64,000 nucleotides of DNA from an uncultured Planctomycetia bacterium (GCA_903929765.1 CAIYVX010000033.1:5037-69036); one strand, 5' to 3'; positions 1 to 9,996 are shown, counted from the stretch's first letter. Translations and numbers: made by a program. Notes: generated from the letters alone by a model not told the origin.

Positions 1-2298
1 CTTTTCGAAAAAGGAACACTTGAAGGCCGCAACTTTATCAAAGACTTTTCTGACATTTCAATCATTCCCGCGTTGCTGGAGAATTCTGGTGGAGTAGCAA
101 CTGAGATTCAATCAAAATCAGTTTCCGATGCTATATTTGCTGCCGAAGTGAATATTTGGTGGGCCAATGTTAAGAGCGAGTACCTACAGGAGAAAGACCC
201 TTACACCGTCCTTGCAAAACGTGTAATTTTGAACTGGATCAACCGGTTCTTGTTTGCGCACGCCATCAAAACTAGATTCGCCAAGGCAACAGAGGTTGAG
301 AAGATAACTTACGTTGTTTCTGTACGCGACGCCTGCTTAATTTTCGAAAGCATATCCAAAGATTGTGACTTTTGGACCGTCTTTCAGCCATTTCTTGGCG
401 AAAATTGCCTTAGTAACTCATTCTGGCAACAGGTAACACAGCTTAATGCCTTTCTTTCCGAAATCCGTTTCTCTGAACTTGATCAGAATCTATTAAGGAC
501 GTTCCTTGAGACCTCAGTCGTATCCTATCAAAGGAAGCTGGCGGGTCAATTCACAACTCCTTCTGCACTTGCGGATATTCTTGTTCGATTGACTTTGATC
601 GACCGCAATGCTCCAATCCTTGATCCTTTTTGTGGTACCGGAACGATAGCTAGAGCCGCCTACAATGTCAAAGTTGAGAGTGGTCTTGATCCAGTTGTAG
701 CGCACGAGGGCGTATGGGCCAGCGACAAGTTTCCTTTCCCACTTCAAATTGCGTCGATTGCGCTTTCCCCTCCAGAATGCATGGGGATGTTGCTTCATGT
801 TTTTAAGGCTGACGCATTGTCTCTTACATCTGGCCAAATATTGGGATTCATCGACCCTAACGACGGAACTCGTCGAACCGAGGCACTCCCATCTTTCCGG
901 TTTATAGCCAGTAACCTGCCATTTGTGCAGCAAGAGGATTTGAATGTTGCTAACCCAGGTTTGGCCAAAATTAACAGCTTCATCCTTGAGAAAACCGGAA
1001 CTATTGACCAACTCGACGCGAGGAGCGATCTTTTTGCGTATTTGCCATTCTATTTGTGGAGAATCCTTTCAGACGATGGCCGACTAGGTGCCATCCTATC
1101 CAACTCTTGGCTCGCTACGGAGTGGGGGGCTACCTTTCGCAATCTCCTTCAACGATTCTTCCACATTGAAAAGGTAATTGTTTCAGGTGCCGGTCGTTGG
1201 TTCAGGAATTGTGATGTGGTCACGACAATTCTGGTTCTCAATAAGCGGGCTGTCGTTTCTTCGCCATCCACAAATGAAATAACCAGCTTCGTTCGACTTG
1301 ACCTCCCCATTCAGGAAAGTCTTAACGCTAGCGAGACAAAAACTATTGCCGAGCACATGCTGCTCGGCAAAGATATTCCATCAGTCCTTGTTACCCGCGC
1401 ATATTCGCAGGATCGTATTGTCGAACTTGAGGGCCTTGGAATGAATTGGTCCTCTCTCTTCGCAGGACTAGAATGGCTAAAACGAATCAAAGACCAACTG
1501 GTCAAAGTCAGTAGTCTTTTTGAGATTAACCGGGGCATGCGTCGGGGTTGGGATCCAATGTTTTATCCCGCGAAGTCTCATTCTATTGAGGCAAATTACT
1601 TAAAGCCGTTCTTGAAGTCCTCTCGCTCGGTTGAAGGTCTTATTGCTTCTCCGGACGGCGAGGCTTTCTGCTGTAACAAGAATCTTACCGAACTTAGAAG
1701 CCTTGGACACAAAGGAACTGTCCGTTGGATTAACCGTTTCGCCCACGCCACAAATGAGAAGGGCAAGCCATTGCCGAAGGTTTTGAAAATACCCGGCATG
1801 GAATGGTATCAGATGAATGCGTCAACTCTGGCCGACCTCGTTATGCTCATTAACTACGACAAGCGTCTGTTTGTCGCCAAAATGAGTCAACAAAGTTTTG
1901 TGAACCAGAGGTTGACTCGACTTACGGTCCGGTCTCAAGAGGTTGATGTTCCACTTTGTCACGCTATTCTGAACAGCATCATCGGGGTCTTCTACATCGA
2001 GGCGTTGGGCTTCGGGCGTGGTCTTGGCGTTTTGGATCTGAATACCTCGAAAATGAGAGAGAACTTGTTCATGCTCAACCCGGCTCTAGTCTCAGTTGCT
2101 TCCCGTGAGGCGATCCTGACGGACTTTGATCCACTTCTTAAGAGGCCGGTTGCACCTATCCTGGAAGAGTTAACACGCGAAGAGCGCAGGCGTTTCGATG
2201 AAACGGTTCTCGCATCTTTCGGCTTGCAGAATGAATACGATCACATCGTGGGGGCGTTCATGACTCTTTACAATATCAGAAAGGCTGTTGACCGGTAG
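1..2298 (+). CDS. N6-adenine DNA methyltransferase, Eco57I/type IIG-like (5' partial, open to window start)
   Basis: The reading frame has no stop from nt 1, so the listed TTG at 73 is probably internal. It carries SAM motif I DPFCGTGT followed by a catalytic motif IV-like SNLPF (an NPPF/NPPY variant). The Eco57I-type segment SDLFAYLPFYLWRILSDDGRLGAILSNSW follows. GC is visibly lower than in the rest of the window. Confidence 0.7.
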   Translation, partial: LFEKGTLEGRNFIKDFSDISIIPALLENSGGVATEIQSKSVSDAIFAAEVNIWWANVKSEYLQEKDPYTVLAKRVILNWINRFLFAHAIKTRFAKATEVEKITYVVSVRDACLIFESISKDCDFWTVFQPFLGENCLSNSFWQQVTQLNAFLSEIRFSELDQNLLRTFLETSVVSYQRKLAGQFTTPSALADILVRLTLIDRNAPILDPFCGTGTIARAAYNVKVESGLDPVVAHEGVWASDKFPFPLQIASIALSPPECMGMLLHVFKADALSLTSGQILGFIDPNDGTRRTEALPSFRFIASNLPFVQQEDLNVANPGLAKINSFILEKTGTIDQLDARSDLFAYLPFYLWRILSDDGRLGAILSNSWLATEWGATFRNLLQRFFHIEKVIVSGAGRWFRNCDVVTTILVLNKRAVVSSPSTNEITSFVRLDLPIQESLNASETKTIAEHMLLGKDIPSVLVTRAYSQDRIVELEGLGMNWSSLFAGLEWLKRIKDQLVKVSSLFEINRGMRRGWDPMFYPAKSHSIEANYLKPFLKSSRSVEGLIASPDGEAFCCNKNLTELRSLGHKGTVRWINRFAHATNEKGKPLPKVLKIPGMEWYQMNASTLADLVMLINYDKRLFVAKMSQQSFVNQRLTRLTVRSQEVDVPLCHAILNSIIGVFYIEALGFGRGLGVLDLNTSKMRENLFMLNPALVSVASREAILTDFDPLLKRPVAPILEELTREERRRFDETVLASFGLQNEYDHIVGAFMTLYNIRKAVDR

Positions 2299-2334
2299 CC
2301 GCGTTTGAAGAAATGCTTTCTAATTGGAGTTCCC

Positions 2335-4185
2335 ATGCCCCGCACATTCCGCGTCATCTTTCAGCCCTTCGGCCGCCAGGTGGCCGTTGCCGAGGGCCGC
2401 ACTGTTCTTGAGGCTGCGCAGCAGGCCGGCATCGAAATGACCTCGCCCTGCGGCGGGCATGGCACTTGCGGCGGATGTCGCGTCGAAATCACACGCGGCA
2501 CGCCCCCGCCCACCGACGCCGGCGCGGAACGGCTGACCGCCGAGGAACTTGGCCGCAATGTGCGACTGGCTTGCCAGACCCGCGTGACGCAGGACATGAC
2601 CATCGTCATTCCGCGCGAATCCCTCCTGTTCGACCAGCAGATTCTCGAAACCGGCATCGCCGTCAACGTTGAACTCGATCCCAACGTCCGCCGCGTGCCG
2701 CTCAAAATGCCCGAACCCTCCGTCGACGACCAGCGCAGCGACGCCGACCGCCTCACCGACGCCCTCGCGGAGCAGGGGGTCGAGGCCACGGTTGACCTGG
2801 CCCTGGCCCGCGAACTGCCCGACCGCCTCCGCCGCGCCGACTTCTCCGGCACCGCCGTCGTCCTCGCCGACCGCGTCGTCCAGTTCGATCGCGGCGATTC
2901 CAGCGCCGCAAATTACGGCGTCGCCGTCGACCTGGGCACCACGACCATCGTCGCCGCCCTCATGAACCTCGCCACCGGCCAGGAAGTGGCCGTCGCCTCC
3001 TGCGGCAATCCCCAGGCCGCCCACGGCGACGATGTGATCTCCCGCATCATGTACGCCCAGGAATCCGCCACGCGGCTCCGCGAACTTCAGCAACTCGCCG
3101 TCGGGGCCTTCAACAAACTGATCGACGAACTCTGCGAAAAGGCCGACCTCAAACGGACCTCCATCTACGAACTCGTCCTCGTCGGCAACACCACCATGAC
3201 GCACCTCATCCTCCGCCTCGACCCGACCTACATCGCCCGCGCCCCCTTCATCGCCGCCCTGCGCCGCGGGGCCGTCGCTGCGCCGCGAGATTTGGGCATC
3301 GCCATCAACCCGCGCGGCAGCGTTTACGTCGGCCCCAACATCGCCGGCTTCGTCGGCGCCGACACGGTGGCCGTCATCCTGGCCGCCGGAATGCACAAGT
3401 CCGACAAAATGCGTCTGGCCATCGACATCGGCACCAACGGCGAACTGGTCCTCGGCCACCGCCAGCGGCTCCTGGCCGCCAGCACGGCCGCCGGACCCGC
3501 CTTCGAGGGCGCCCGGATCAAATACGGCATGCGCGCCGCCGCTGGAGCCATCGACCGCGTCGACGTGCTCGACGGCCGCCTCCGCGTCCACGCCATCGGC
3601 GACGCCCCGGCCATCGGCCTGTGCGGCACCGGCCTGATCGAAGCCGTCAGCGCGTTCCTGGAACTGGGCGTCATCGACGAAACCGGCCGCATGATCGAAG
3701 ACGCGGATTTGGCCAAGCTGCCCAAATCTATCGCCGCGCGGCTCGTCGGGGCGGAAAACGACCGGGCCTTCGTCCTGGCCGACGCGAAGGAAACGCACAA
3801 CGGCCACCCGGTCCTCCTGACGCAAAAGGACGTGCGCGAAGTCCAGTTGGCCAAGGCGGCGATGTACGCCGGGGCCAAGGTGCTGATGGCCGAAATGGGC
3901 ATCAAGGTCGCCGACTTGGACGAAGTTCTCCTGGCCGGGGCCTTCGGCAACTTCATCCGTCCCGACCGGGCCAGGTCCGTCGGCCTTCTCCCCGAAACTC
4001 CGCTCGACCGCATCCGCTTCATCGGCAACGCCGCCGGCACGGGGGCGCGGATGATGCTTCTCGACCGCCGCCTCCGCGACACGGCGGAGGAGATCAGCCT
4101 CGGCGTGGAGCACGTCGAACTCTCCGGCCGCGCCGACTTCCAGGACTTCTTCGCCGAGGCGATGCTGTTTACCCCTCCCTCGTGA
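2335..4185 (+). CDS. 2Fe-2S ferredoxin / ASKHA-domain protein, RACo-like corrinoid reductive activase family
   Basis: N-terminal plant-type ferredoxin motif CGGHGTCGGCRVEI. Long ASKHA/DUF4445-like body (AVDLGTTT, DIGTNGE, TAAGPAFEG). GGAG lies 5 nt before the ATG at 2335. Confidence 0.75.
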   Translation: MPRTFRVIFQPFGRQVAVAEGRTVLEAAQQAGIEMTSPCGGHGTCGGCRVEITRGTPPPTDAGAERLTAEELGRNVRLACQTRVTQDMTIVIPRESLLFDQQILETGIAVNVELDPNVRRVPLKMPEPSVDDQRSDADRLTDALAEQGVEATVDLALARELPDRLRRADFSGTAVVLADRVVQFDRGDSSAANYGVAVDLGTTTIVAALMNLATGQEVAVASCGNPQAAHGDDVISRIMYAQESATRLRELQQLAVGAFNKLIDELCEKADLKRTSIYELVLVGNTTMTHLILRLDPTYIARAPFIAALRRGAVAAPRDLGIAINPRGSVYVGPNIAGFVGADTVAVILAAGMHKSDKMRLAIDIGTNGELVLGHRQRLLAASTAAGPAFEGARIKYGMRAAAGAIDRVDVLDGRLRVHAIGDAPAIGLCGTGLIEAVSAFLELGVIDETGRMIEDADLAKLPKSIAARLVGAENDRAFVLADAKETHNGHPVLLTQKDVREVQLAKAAMYAGAKVLMAEMGIKVADLDEVLLAGAFGNFIRPDRARSVGLLPETPLDRIRFIGNAAGTGARMMLLDRRLRDTAEEISLGVEHVELSGRADFQDFFAEAMLFTPPS

Positions 4186-4549
4186 CGGAAAACGGCATTT
4201 TATTTCCGCGTGGCTGCAAGCAGCCACCCTACAGGACTAAAAAAACAGCAAAAAAAGAAGAAGAGAAGATGGGTTTTCGTGAGTTTGCGTTCCGGGGGTT
4301 TCACCCCCGGCTACATTCTTTCGGCCCTTCGGGCCTTTGAGTTCGGTCTTTGGACGTGCCCCCGACGGCCAGAGCCGACGGCGTTTGCACGGCGGAAAAG
4401 ACGGGTACCCGCCCGACAGGAAACCTAACCCTAAAACCGTTTGACATTCCCGTCCTTCTTTGCTACCCTTCCGGCTTCTTTCCCCGACGATAAGCAGGGA
4501 AAAGCAGCGACCACGCCGTGGAGCGTGAATGGCTGCCGCAAAGGTTTTT

Positions 4550-4571
4550 TTATAACCGTTTTATAACCGTT
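4550..4571 (+). promoter_or_regulatory. Perfect tandem direct repeat TTATAACCGTT x2, 22 nt upstream of the ppdK start
   Basis: Read directly: ttataaccgtt (4550-4560) followed by ttataaccgtt (4561-4571), just before RBS gaaggag. Function unknown. Confidence 0.35.
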
Positions 4572-4593
4572 CCAATTGAAGGAGAATTTTGCA

Positions 4594-7431
4594 ATGGCAA
4601 CGAAGTACGTCTATTTCTTTGGCGGCGGCAAGGCCGAAGGTCGGGCCGGGATGAAGGAACTTCTGGGCGGCAAGGGCGCCAACCTCGCCGAAATGGCCAA
4701 CATCGGCCTGCCGGTGCCCGCCGGGTTCACCGTCACGACCGAAGTCTGTACCCTCTACTACAAGAACAAAAGCAAGCTGCCGGCCGAGTTGAACAAGCAG
4801 GTGGCCGAGAACATGAAGAAGCTCGAAAAAGTCATGGGCCACATCTTCGGCGACCCGACGAATCCGCAGCTCGTTTCGATCCGGTCCGGCGCCCGGGCCT
4901 CGATGCCCGGCATGATGGAAACGATTCTCAACGCCGGTCTGACTTCGACCACGATTCCCGGCATGATCGCCAAGACCAACAATCCGCGGTTCGTCTACGA
5001 CGCCTATCGCCGCCTGATCATGATGTACTCGGACGTGGTCATGGAAAAGGCCGCGGGCATCGAGCCGGCCGAAGGGCAGGGCATCCGCCAGCAGCTTGAG
5101 CACCTCATGGCGGCGATGAAGAAGGCGCGCGGCGTCGAGAAGGACACCGACCTGACCGGCGACGATCTCAAGACGCTGTGCGATCAGTTCAAGGCCAAGG
5201 TGATCGAAGTGCTCGGCAAGCCGTTCCCGGACCGGGCGGAAGATCAGCTTTGGGGCAGCATCGCCGCGGTGTTCCAGAGTTGGAACGGCCGGCGGGCGAT
5301 TGAGTATCGCCGCATCGAAAAAATTCCGGATGAGTGGGGCACGGCCGTTACCGTCCAGGCGATGGTCTTCGGCAACATGGGCGACACTTCGGCCACGGGC
5401 GTGGGCTTCTCCCGCGACCCGGCCACCGGCCGCAAGGTGTTTTATGGCGAGTGGCTGCCCAACGCCCAGGGCGAAGACGTGGTGGCCGGCATTCGGACGC
5501 CGCTGCCCGTGAACGAGGCCGGCAAGAGCGAGCACACGCAGCACCTGGTTAGCCTCGAGACGGCCATGCCGGTGGCCTACAAGCAGTTGAACGACATCCA
5601 GAAAAAACTCGAACAGCACTATCGCGACATGCTCGACCTGGAGTTCACGATCGAAGACACGCGGCTGTGGATGCTCCAGTGCCGCGTCGGGAAACGGACG
5701 GGCGTGGCGGCGGTGAAGATGGCCGTCGATATGTGCAACGAAAAGTTGATTACCACGGCCGAGGCGGTGAAGCGCATTAACCCGGACAGCCTGATTCAGT
5801 GCCTGCTGCCGATGGTCGATCCGAAGGCCGAACGTGAGAACAAGCCGCTGGCCAAGGGCCTGCCGGCCGGACCGGGCGGCGCTGCCGGCGTGGTCGTCTT
5901 CACGGCCGACGAAGCGGCACGGCGCGGGAAAGAGCTGAAGGAAAAGGTGATCCTGGTCCGGGCTGAAACTAGCCCCGAGGACGTGCACGGCATGCATGCG
6001 GCGCAGGCGATTCTGACCGGCAAGGGCGGGATGACGAGTCATGCGGCGCTGGTGGCCCGCGGCTGGGGCAAGTGCTGCATCGTCGGGTGCGCGGCTCTCG
6101 AGATCGACATGCACCACAAGGTGATGAAGGTCGGCGGGCGGGAAATTCACGAGGGCGAATGGATCACCCTGAACGGCACGGCCGGGGCGATTTACGCCGG
6201 GAAGTTGCCGCTCGTGGATCCCGACCTGGAGAACAACAAGGACGTCGGCCAGTTGATGAAGTGGATCGACACGTTCCGCACGCTCGGCGTCCGCACCAAC
6301 GCCGACACGCCGAAGGACGCGGCCAAGGCCCTGACGTTCGGGGCCGCGGGCATCGGCCTGTTCCGGACCGAACACATGTTCTACGGTGAAGGGGCCGACC
6401 AGCCGCTCTTTTTGCTGCGGAAGATGATCGCGTCGTCCGGTGTGGCCGAACGGCGAGCGGCGCTCGACCAACTCTTCCCGTTCATGAAGGCCGACATGAA
6501 GGCGACGATGCTGGCGATGCAGGGCCATCCGGTGACGATCCGGTTGCTGGACCCGCCGTTGCACGAATTCGTGCCGCACGACCCGGCGATGCTGGCGGAA
6601 CTGGCCCAGAGCCTGGGGATTTCGCTGGAACAGTTGAACAAGCGGGCCGACGGGTTGCGTGAATCCAACCCCATGATGGGCCATCGCGGCGTGCGCCTGG
6701 GCATCACGTACCCGGAAGTGACGGAGTACCAGGTGCGGGCGATTCTGGAATCGGCCGCCGAACTGGCCGCCGACAAGGCGGTGAAGAACGTCCTGCCGGA
6801 AATCATGATTCCCGTGACCGTGGCCAAGACCGAGCTTGACGATCAGAAGGCGATCATCGACCGCGTCGCCGCCGAGGTCAAGGCCAAGTACGGCCTGAAG
6901 ACGTTCGACTATATGATCGGCACGATGATCGAAATTCCGCGGGCCTGCCTGGTCGCGGACAAGATGGCCGAGACGGCCGAGTTCTTCAGCTTCGGGACCA
7001 ACGACCTGACGCAGATGAGCTTCGGGTTCTCGCGCGACGACATCGGCTCGTTCCTGCCGGACTACCTGAAGAAGAAGCTGCTGCCGGAGGATCCGTTCCA
7101 GACGGTCGACAAGGACGGCGTCGGCAAGCTGATCAAGATGGGCATCGAGGGCGGGCGGTCGACGCGGCCGAACCTGAAGATCGGGATTTGCGGCGAGCAC
7201 GGCGGCGATTACGATTCGGTGAAGTTCTGCCACAAGGTGGGCATGAACTACGTTTCGTGCAGCCCGTTCCGCGTGCCGATCGCGCGGCTGGCGGCGGCTC
7301 ATGCGGCGCTGGAAGATGCGGCCGCGGCGAAGGGCAAGAAGCCGGGGAAGAAGAAGGTGGCGAAGAAGGCTAAGAAGCCGGTGGCGAAGAAAGCCGTAAA
7401 GAAGGCCACGAAGAAGGGCAAGAAGAAGTAG
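4594..7431 (+). CDS. ppdK: Pyruvate, phosphate dikinase with a C-terminal Lys/Ala-rich extension
   Basis: Full-length PPDK signature: MATKYVYFFGGG, GGMTSHAALVARGWGK phospho-His region, FFSFGTNDLTQ, CGEHGGD, SCSPFRVPIARLAAA. RBS GAAGGAG lies upstream of ATG 4594. Confidence 0.95.
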   Translation: MATKYVYFFGGGKAEGRAGMKELLGGKGANLAEMANIGLPVPAGFTVTTEVCTLYYKNKSKLPAELNKQVAENMKKLEKVMGHIFGDPTNPQLVSIRSGARASMPGMMETILNAGLTSTTIPGMIAKTNNPRFVYDAYRRLIMMYSDVVMEKAAGIEPAEGQGIRQQLEHLMAAMKKARGVEKDTDLTGDDLKTLCDQFKAKVIEVLGKPFPDRAEDQLWGSIAAVFQSWNGRRAIEYRRIEKIPDEWGTAVTVQAMVFGNMGDTSATGVGFSRDPATGRKVFYGEWLPNAQGEDVVAGIRTPLPVNEAGKSEHTQHLVSLETAMPVAYKQLNDIQKKLEQHYRDMLDLEFTIEDTRLWMLQCRVGKRTGVAAVKMAVDMCNEKLITTAEAVKRINPDSLIQCLLPMVDPKAERENKPLAKGLPAGPGGAAGVVVFTADEAARRGKELKEKVILVRAETSPEDVHGMHAAQAILTGKGGMTSHAALVARGWGKCCIVGCAALEIDMHHKVMKVGGREIHEGEWITLNGTAGAIYAGKLPLVDPDLENNKDVGQLMKWIDTFRTLGVRTNADTPKDAAKALTFGAAGIGLFRTEHMFYGEGADQPLFLLRKMIASSGVAERRAALDQLFPFMKADMKATMLAMQGHPVTIRLLDPPLHEFVPHDPAMLAELAQSLGISLEQLNKRADGLRESNPMMGHRGVRLGITYPEVTEYQVRAILESAAELAADKAVKNVLPEIMIPVTVAKTELDDQKAIIDRVAAEVKAKYGLKTFDYMIGTMIEIPRACLVADKMAETAEFFSFGTNDLTQMSFGFSRDDIGSFLPDYLKKKLLPEDPFQTVDKDGVGKLIKMGIEGGRSTRPNLKIGICGEHGGDYDSVKFCHKVGMNYVSCSPFRVPIARLAAAHAALEDAAAAKGKKPGKKKVAKKAKKPVAKKAVKKATKKGKKK

Positions 7432-7457
7432 CCCTGGATTTTAACAGATGTAGCATG

Positions 7458-7496
7458 AAAAGGGGTGGCTCTTGCGAGCCGCCCCTTTTTTCTTTT
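7458..7496 (+). terminator. Rho-independent terminator after ppdK
   Basis: ggggtggctc-ttgc-gagccgcccc stem-loop followed by a T-run (ttttttctttt). Confidence 0.65.
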
Positions 7497-7507
7497 ATCA
7501 CGGAGGG

Positions 7508-7537
7508 GGTGGCATGGTCCGGCGAAGACGGGCCATG
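7508..7537 (+). repeat. REP-like palindromic element, GGTGGCATGG family, copy 1 (upstream flank of RAYT)
   Basis: ggtggcatggtccggcgaagacgggccatg. The same head and hairpin recur at 8201-8230 (inverted), 18996-19025, 25823-25853, 31537-31567, 31583-31611 (inverted) and 41858-41883 (inverted). Confidence 0.8.
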
Positions 7538-7594
7538 TAAAATTGTGCCAACTCCGTCTTGCCAAAAATCATCTCAAGCGATATCTTTGCTTTT

Positions 7595-8167
7595 ATGTCT
7601 CCTCCATCCTACAGCCGTCACCGAAAACGTTACGAAGGCGAGGGCCACGCCCGCTATCTGACCTTCTCTTGCTTCCAGAACCAATCCCTCCTGACTCCAG
7701 AGAATGCGCGCCTCTGGCTGGTTGAAGCCATCGCCCAAGCCAAAGCCAAACAACCTTTCGACCTGTGGGCCTGGGTGGCCATGCCCGAGCACGTGCACTT
7801 GTTGCTCTGGCCGCAAAAGGAAGTGAAGGTCGGCGCAATCTTGCAGAGCATCAAGCAATCTGTCACCCTACGAGCCATTCATTTCGCCCAAACGCAGCAA
7901 CCAGATTTGCTGGCCGCCATGCGCGACCTCCAACCCAACGGCGAACTTGCGTACCGTTTCTGGCAGCGCGGCGGGGGCCACGATCGAAACATCTTTTCCG
8001 TGGCCGAGGTTCACGAGAAGATCAACTACATTCACGCTAATCCGGTGCGGCGCGGAATGGTGGATCATCCGCAAGATTGGCGCTGGTCGAGTTGGTCGGC
8101 CTGGCACGGCGAAGGCACACCGATTCATCCGGTCGACCGGGAATCACTGCCGCATCTGGTGCGATAA
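7595..8167 (+). CDS. REP-associated tyrosine transposase (RAYT, IS200/IS605-like Y1 transposase)
   Basis: HUH motif in PEHVHLLLWP and catalytic Tyr region INYIHANPVRRGMV. Size about 190 aa. Flanked by inverted REP copies. Confidence 0.85.
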   Translation: MSPPSYSRHRKRYEGEGHARYLTFSCFQNQSLLTPENARLWLVEAIAQAKAKQPFDLWAWVAMPEHVHLLLWPQKEVKVGAILQSIKQSVTLRAIHFAQTQQPDLLAAMRDLQPNGELAYRFWQRGGGHDRNIFSVAEVHEKINYIHANPVRRGMVDHPQDWRWSSWSAWHGEGTPIHPVDRESLPHLVR

Positions 8168-8188
8168 ACGGCCACAATTCTTATTTGT

Positions 8189-8230
8189 GCGGTTACTCTT
8201 CATGGCCCGTCTGCGCCGGACCATGCCACC
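8189..8230 (-). repeat. REP-like element copy 2 (downstream flank of RAYT, inverted)
   Basis: gcggttactcttcatggcccgtctgcgccggaccatgccacc is the reverse complement of 18996-19037 with one mismatch. Confidence 0.85.
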
Positions 8231-8253
8231 CGGACCGGTATATTATTCAATAG

Positions 8254-8292
8254 TAAAAACAAAAGAGGCGACTCGTCGGAGCCGCCCCTTTT
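8254..8292 (-). terminator. Rho-independent terminator after rpoD (minus strand)
   Basis: On the minus strand: GGGGCGGCTC-CGAC-GAGTCGCCTC hairpin (two G-U pairs) followed by TTTTGTTTTT. Confidence 0.6.
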
Positions 8293-8323
8293 AATTTGCA
8301 AAACGTCTGAATCAAACAAACTA

Positions 8324-9970
8324 TCAATCCGTCCGTTCGACGGCGCCGTCGAGGAAGCCTTCGAGCTTGCGGGCGCGGACGGGGTGCTGGAGCTTGCGGA
8401 CGGCCTTGGCTTCGATCTGGCGGACGCGCTCGCGGGTGACTTTGAAGATGCGGCCGACTTCTTCGAGGGTGTAGGTGTAGCCGTCGCCGATGCCGTAGCG
8501 GAGCTTGATGATCTCGCGCTCGCGGTAGGTCAGGGTCTTGAGGACGTTCTCGATCCGTTCGCGGAGCATTTCCTGGGTGGCCACGGTGACGGGGCTTTCG
8601 GCGGTGTCGTCTTCGATGAAATCGCCGAAGTAGGAATCCTCGCTCTCGCCGACGGGACGGTCGAGCGAAATCGGATGGCGGGAAATCTTCATCACCCGCC
8701 GGGCCTCGCTCACGCTCATCACGGCCTTGGTGGCGATTTCCTCAATCGACGGCTCCCGGCCGTGCTCCTGGAGGAGTTGCTTGGCGATGTTACGCAGCTT
8801 GGTCATCGTCTCGATCATGTGGACCGGAATGCGGATCGTCCTGGCCTGGTCGGCGATGGAGCGGGTGATGGCCTGGCGAATCCACCACGTCGCGTAGGTC
8901 GAGAATTTGTAGCCGCGCCGGTATTCGTATTTGTCCACGGCCCGCATCAGGCCGGTGTTGCCTTCCTGAATCAGGTCGAGGAACGGCAGGCCGCGATTGC
9001 GGTACTTCTTGGCAATCGAGACCACCAGGCGCAGGTTGCCGCCGGAGAGCTTGCGCTTGACGTCCTCATATTCGGCGAAGCAGCGTTCGATCCGCTGGAC
9101 CCGGGCGGCGAGGCTGGAGGAATTCTCGCAGACCATCCGTTCCAGTCCGGCCAGTTCTTCGCGCAGCGTCTTGATTTCGGCCGGATCGCCGCCGGCCATC
9201 GACAGTTCGCTGATCGTCCGCTCGAGGTTCTGCATCTTCGTGCTGATGGCCTTGAGCTTCTTCATCAGCGGCACGATCTTGCCGGTACGCAGGCTCAACT
9301 CTTCGAGCAGCGTCACGCACTTTCGCTGCCGGGCCTTCATCCGTTTCTTGGCTTCGCGTTTCTTATCCGCGGCAACCGCATCGTCCGTCAGCGTCTGGTA
9401 ATCCGCCAGTTCCTGCTCCATCAGCCGCTTGGCCGTGACCAGGTTGGTGGGCAGGCGGTTGGTGATGGTTTCCTTGGCCAGGTTTTCGGAGACGGAAATT
9501 TTCATCGTCCGGTCGAAGGGCAGGAGGCCGCGGTCGACCTGGCTCAGAATGTCGGTCGCGGTGCGGATGCTCAGGCTGCTTTCCAGGACCTTGCGGCGGA
9601 ACTGCTTGCGGGTGAGTTCGATCTTCTTGGCGAGGGAAATTTCCTGCTCCCGCGTCAGCAGGGGAATTTCGCCCATCTGCGTCAGGTACATGCGGACCGG
9701 ATCGTCGATGCGGCGCGAAATGTTTTCGTCGTCGGCGACCTTTTCCGCGCTCTCGGTCTCTTCCTTGTAGACGTTTTCCAGCACGTCGGCCTCGTCCACG
9801 AGGTCGATGCCCATTTCGTCGAGGGCCGTGAGAATCTGATCCAGTCGATCCGCGCTGACCACGTCGTCAGGCAGCATCGAGTTCATTTCCTCGTAGGTGA
9901 GGTAGCCCTTTTGCTTACCCTTTTCAAACAGGGTGCCGATTATCGTAGGTTCCATCTCCACTGCTATCAC
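8324..9970 (-). CDS. rpoD: RNA polymerase primary sigma factor (sigma-70)
   Basis: Regions 1.2-4.2 are recognisable: [77 protein letters not shown]. The start is uncertain (GTG 9970 or ATG 9955). Confidence 0.95.
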   Translation of the reverse strand: MIAVEMEPTIIGTLFEKGKQKGYLTYEEMNSMLPDDVVSADRLDQILTALDEMGIDLVDEADVLENVYKEETESAEKVADDENISRRIDDPVRMYLTQMGEIPLLTREQEISLAKKIELTRKQFRRKVLESSLSIRTATDILSQVDRGLLPFDRTMKISVSENLAKETITNRLPTNLVTAKRLMEQELADYQTLTDDAVAADKKREAKKRMKARQRKCVTLLEELSLRTGKIVPLMKKLKAISTKMQNLERTISELSMAGGDPAEIKTLREELAGLERMVCENSSSLAARVQRIERCFAEYEDVKRKLSGGNLRLVVSIAKKYRNRGLPFLDLIQEGNTGLMRAVDKYEYRRGYKFSTYATWWIRQAITRSIADQARTIRIPVHMIETMTKLRNIAKQLLQEHGREPSIEEIATKAVMSVSEARRVMKISRHPISLDRPVGESEDSYFGDFIEDDTAESPVTVATQEMLRERIENVLKTLTYREREIIKLRYGIGDGYTYTLEEVGRIFKVTRERVRQIEAKAVRKLQHPVRARKLEGFLDGAVERTD

Positions 9971-9996
9971 TCCATAATCAATTTTATAATTCCAGA

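Noticed and set aside
2320-4227. Long antisense or overlapping ORFs throughout the high-GC part. Examples: 2320..4227(-), 4561..7302(-), 8384..10000(+), 10729..11946(+), 15501..17321(+), 19518..21161(-), 31638..33224(-), 41857..43332(-), 44363..45790(-), 45787..47127(-), 56959..58059(+), 57686..59260(+).
   Set aside because: Each lies opposite a gene with unmistakable conserved motifs. Their translations are Arg/Gly/Ala/Pro/His-rich low-complexity strings with no motifs. Stop-codon scarcity in high-GC DNA explains their length.
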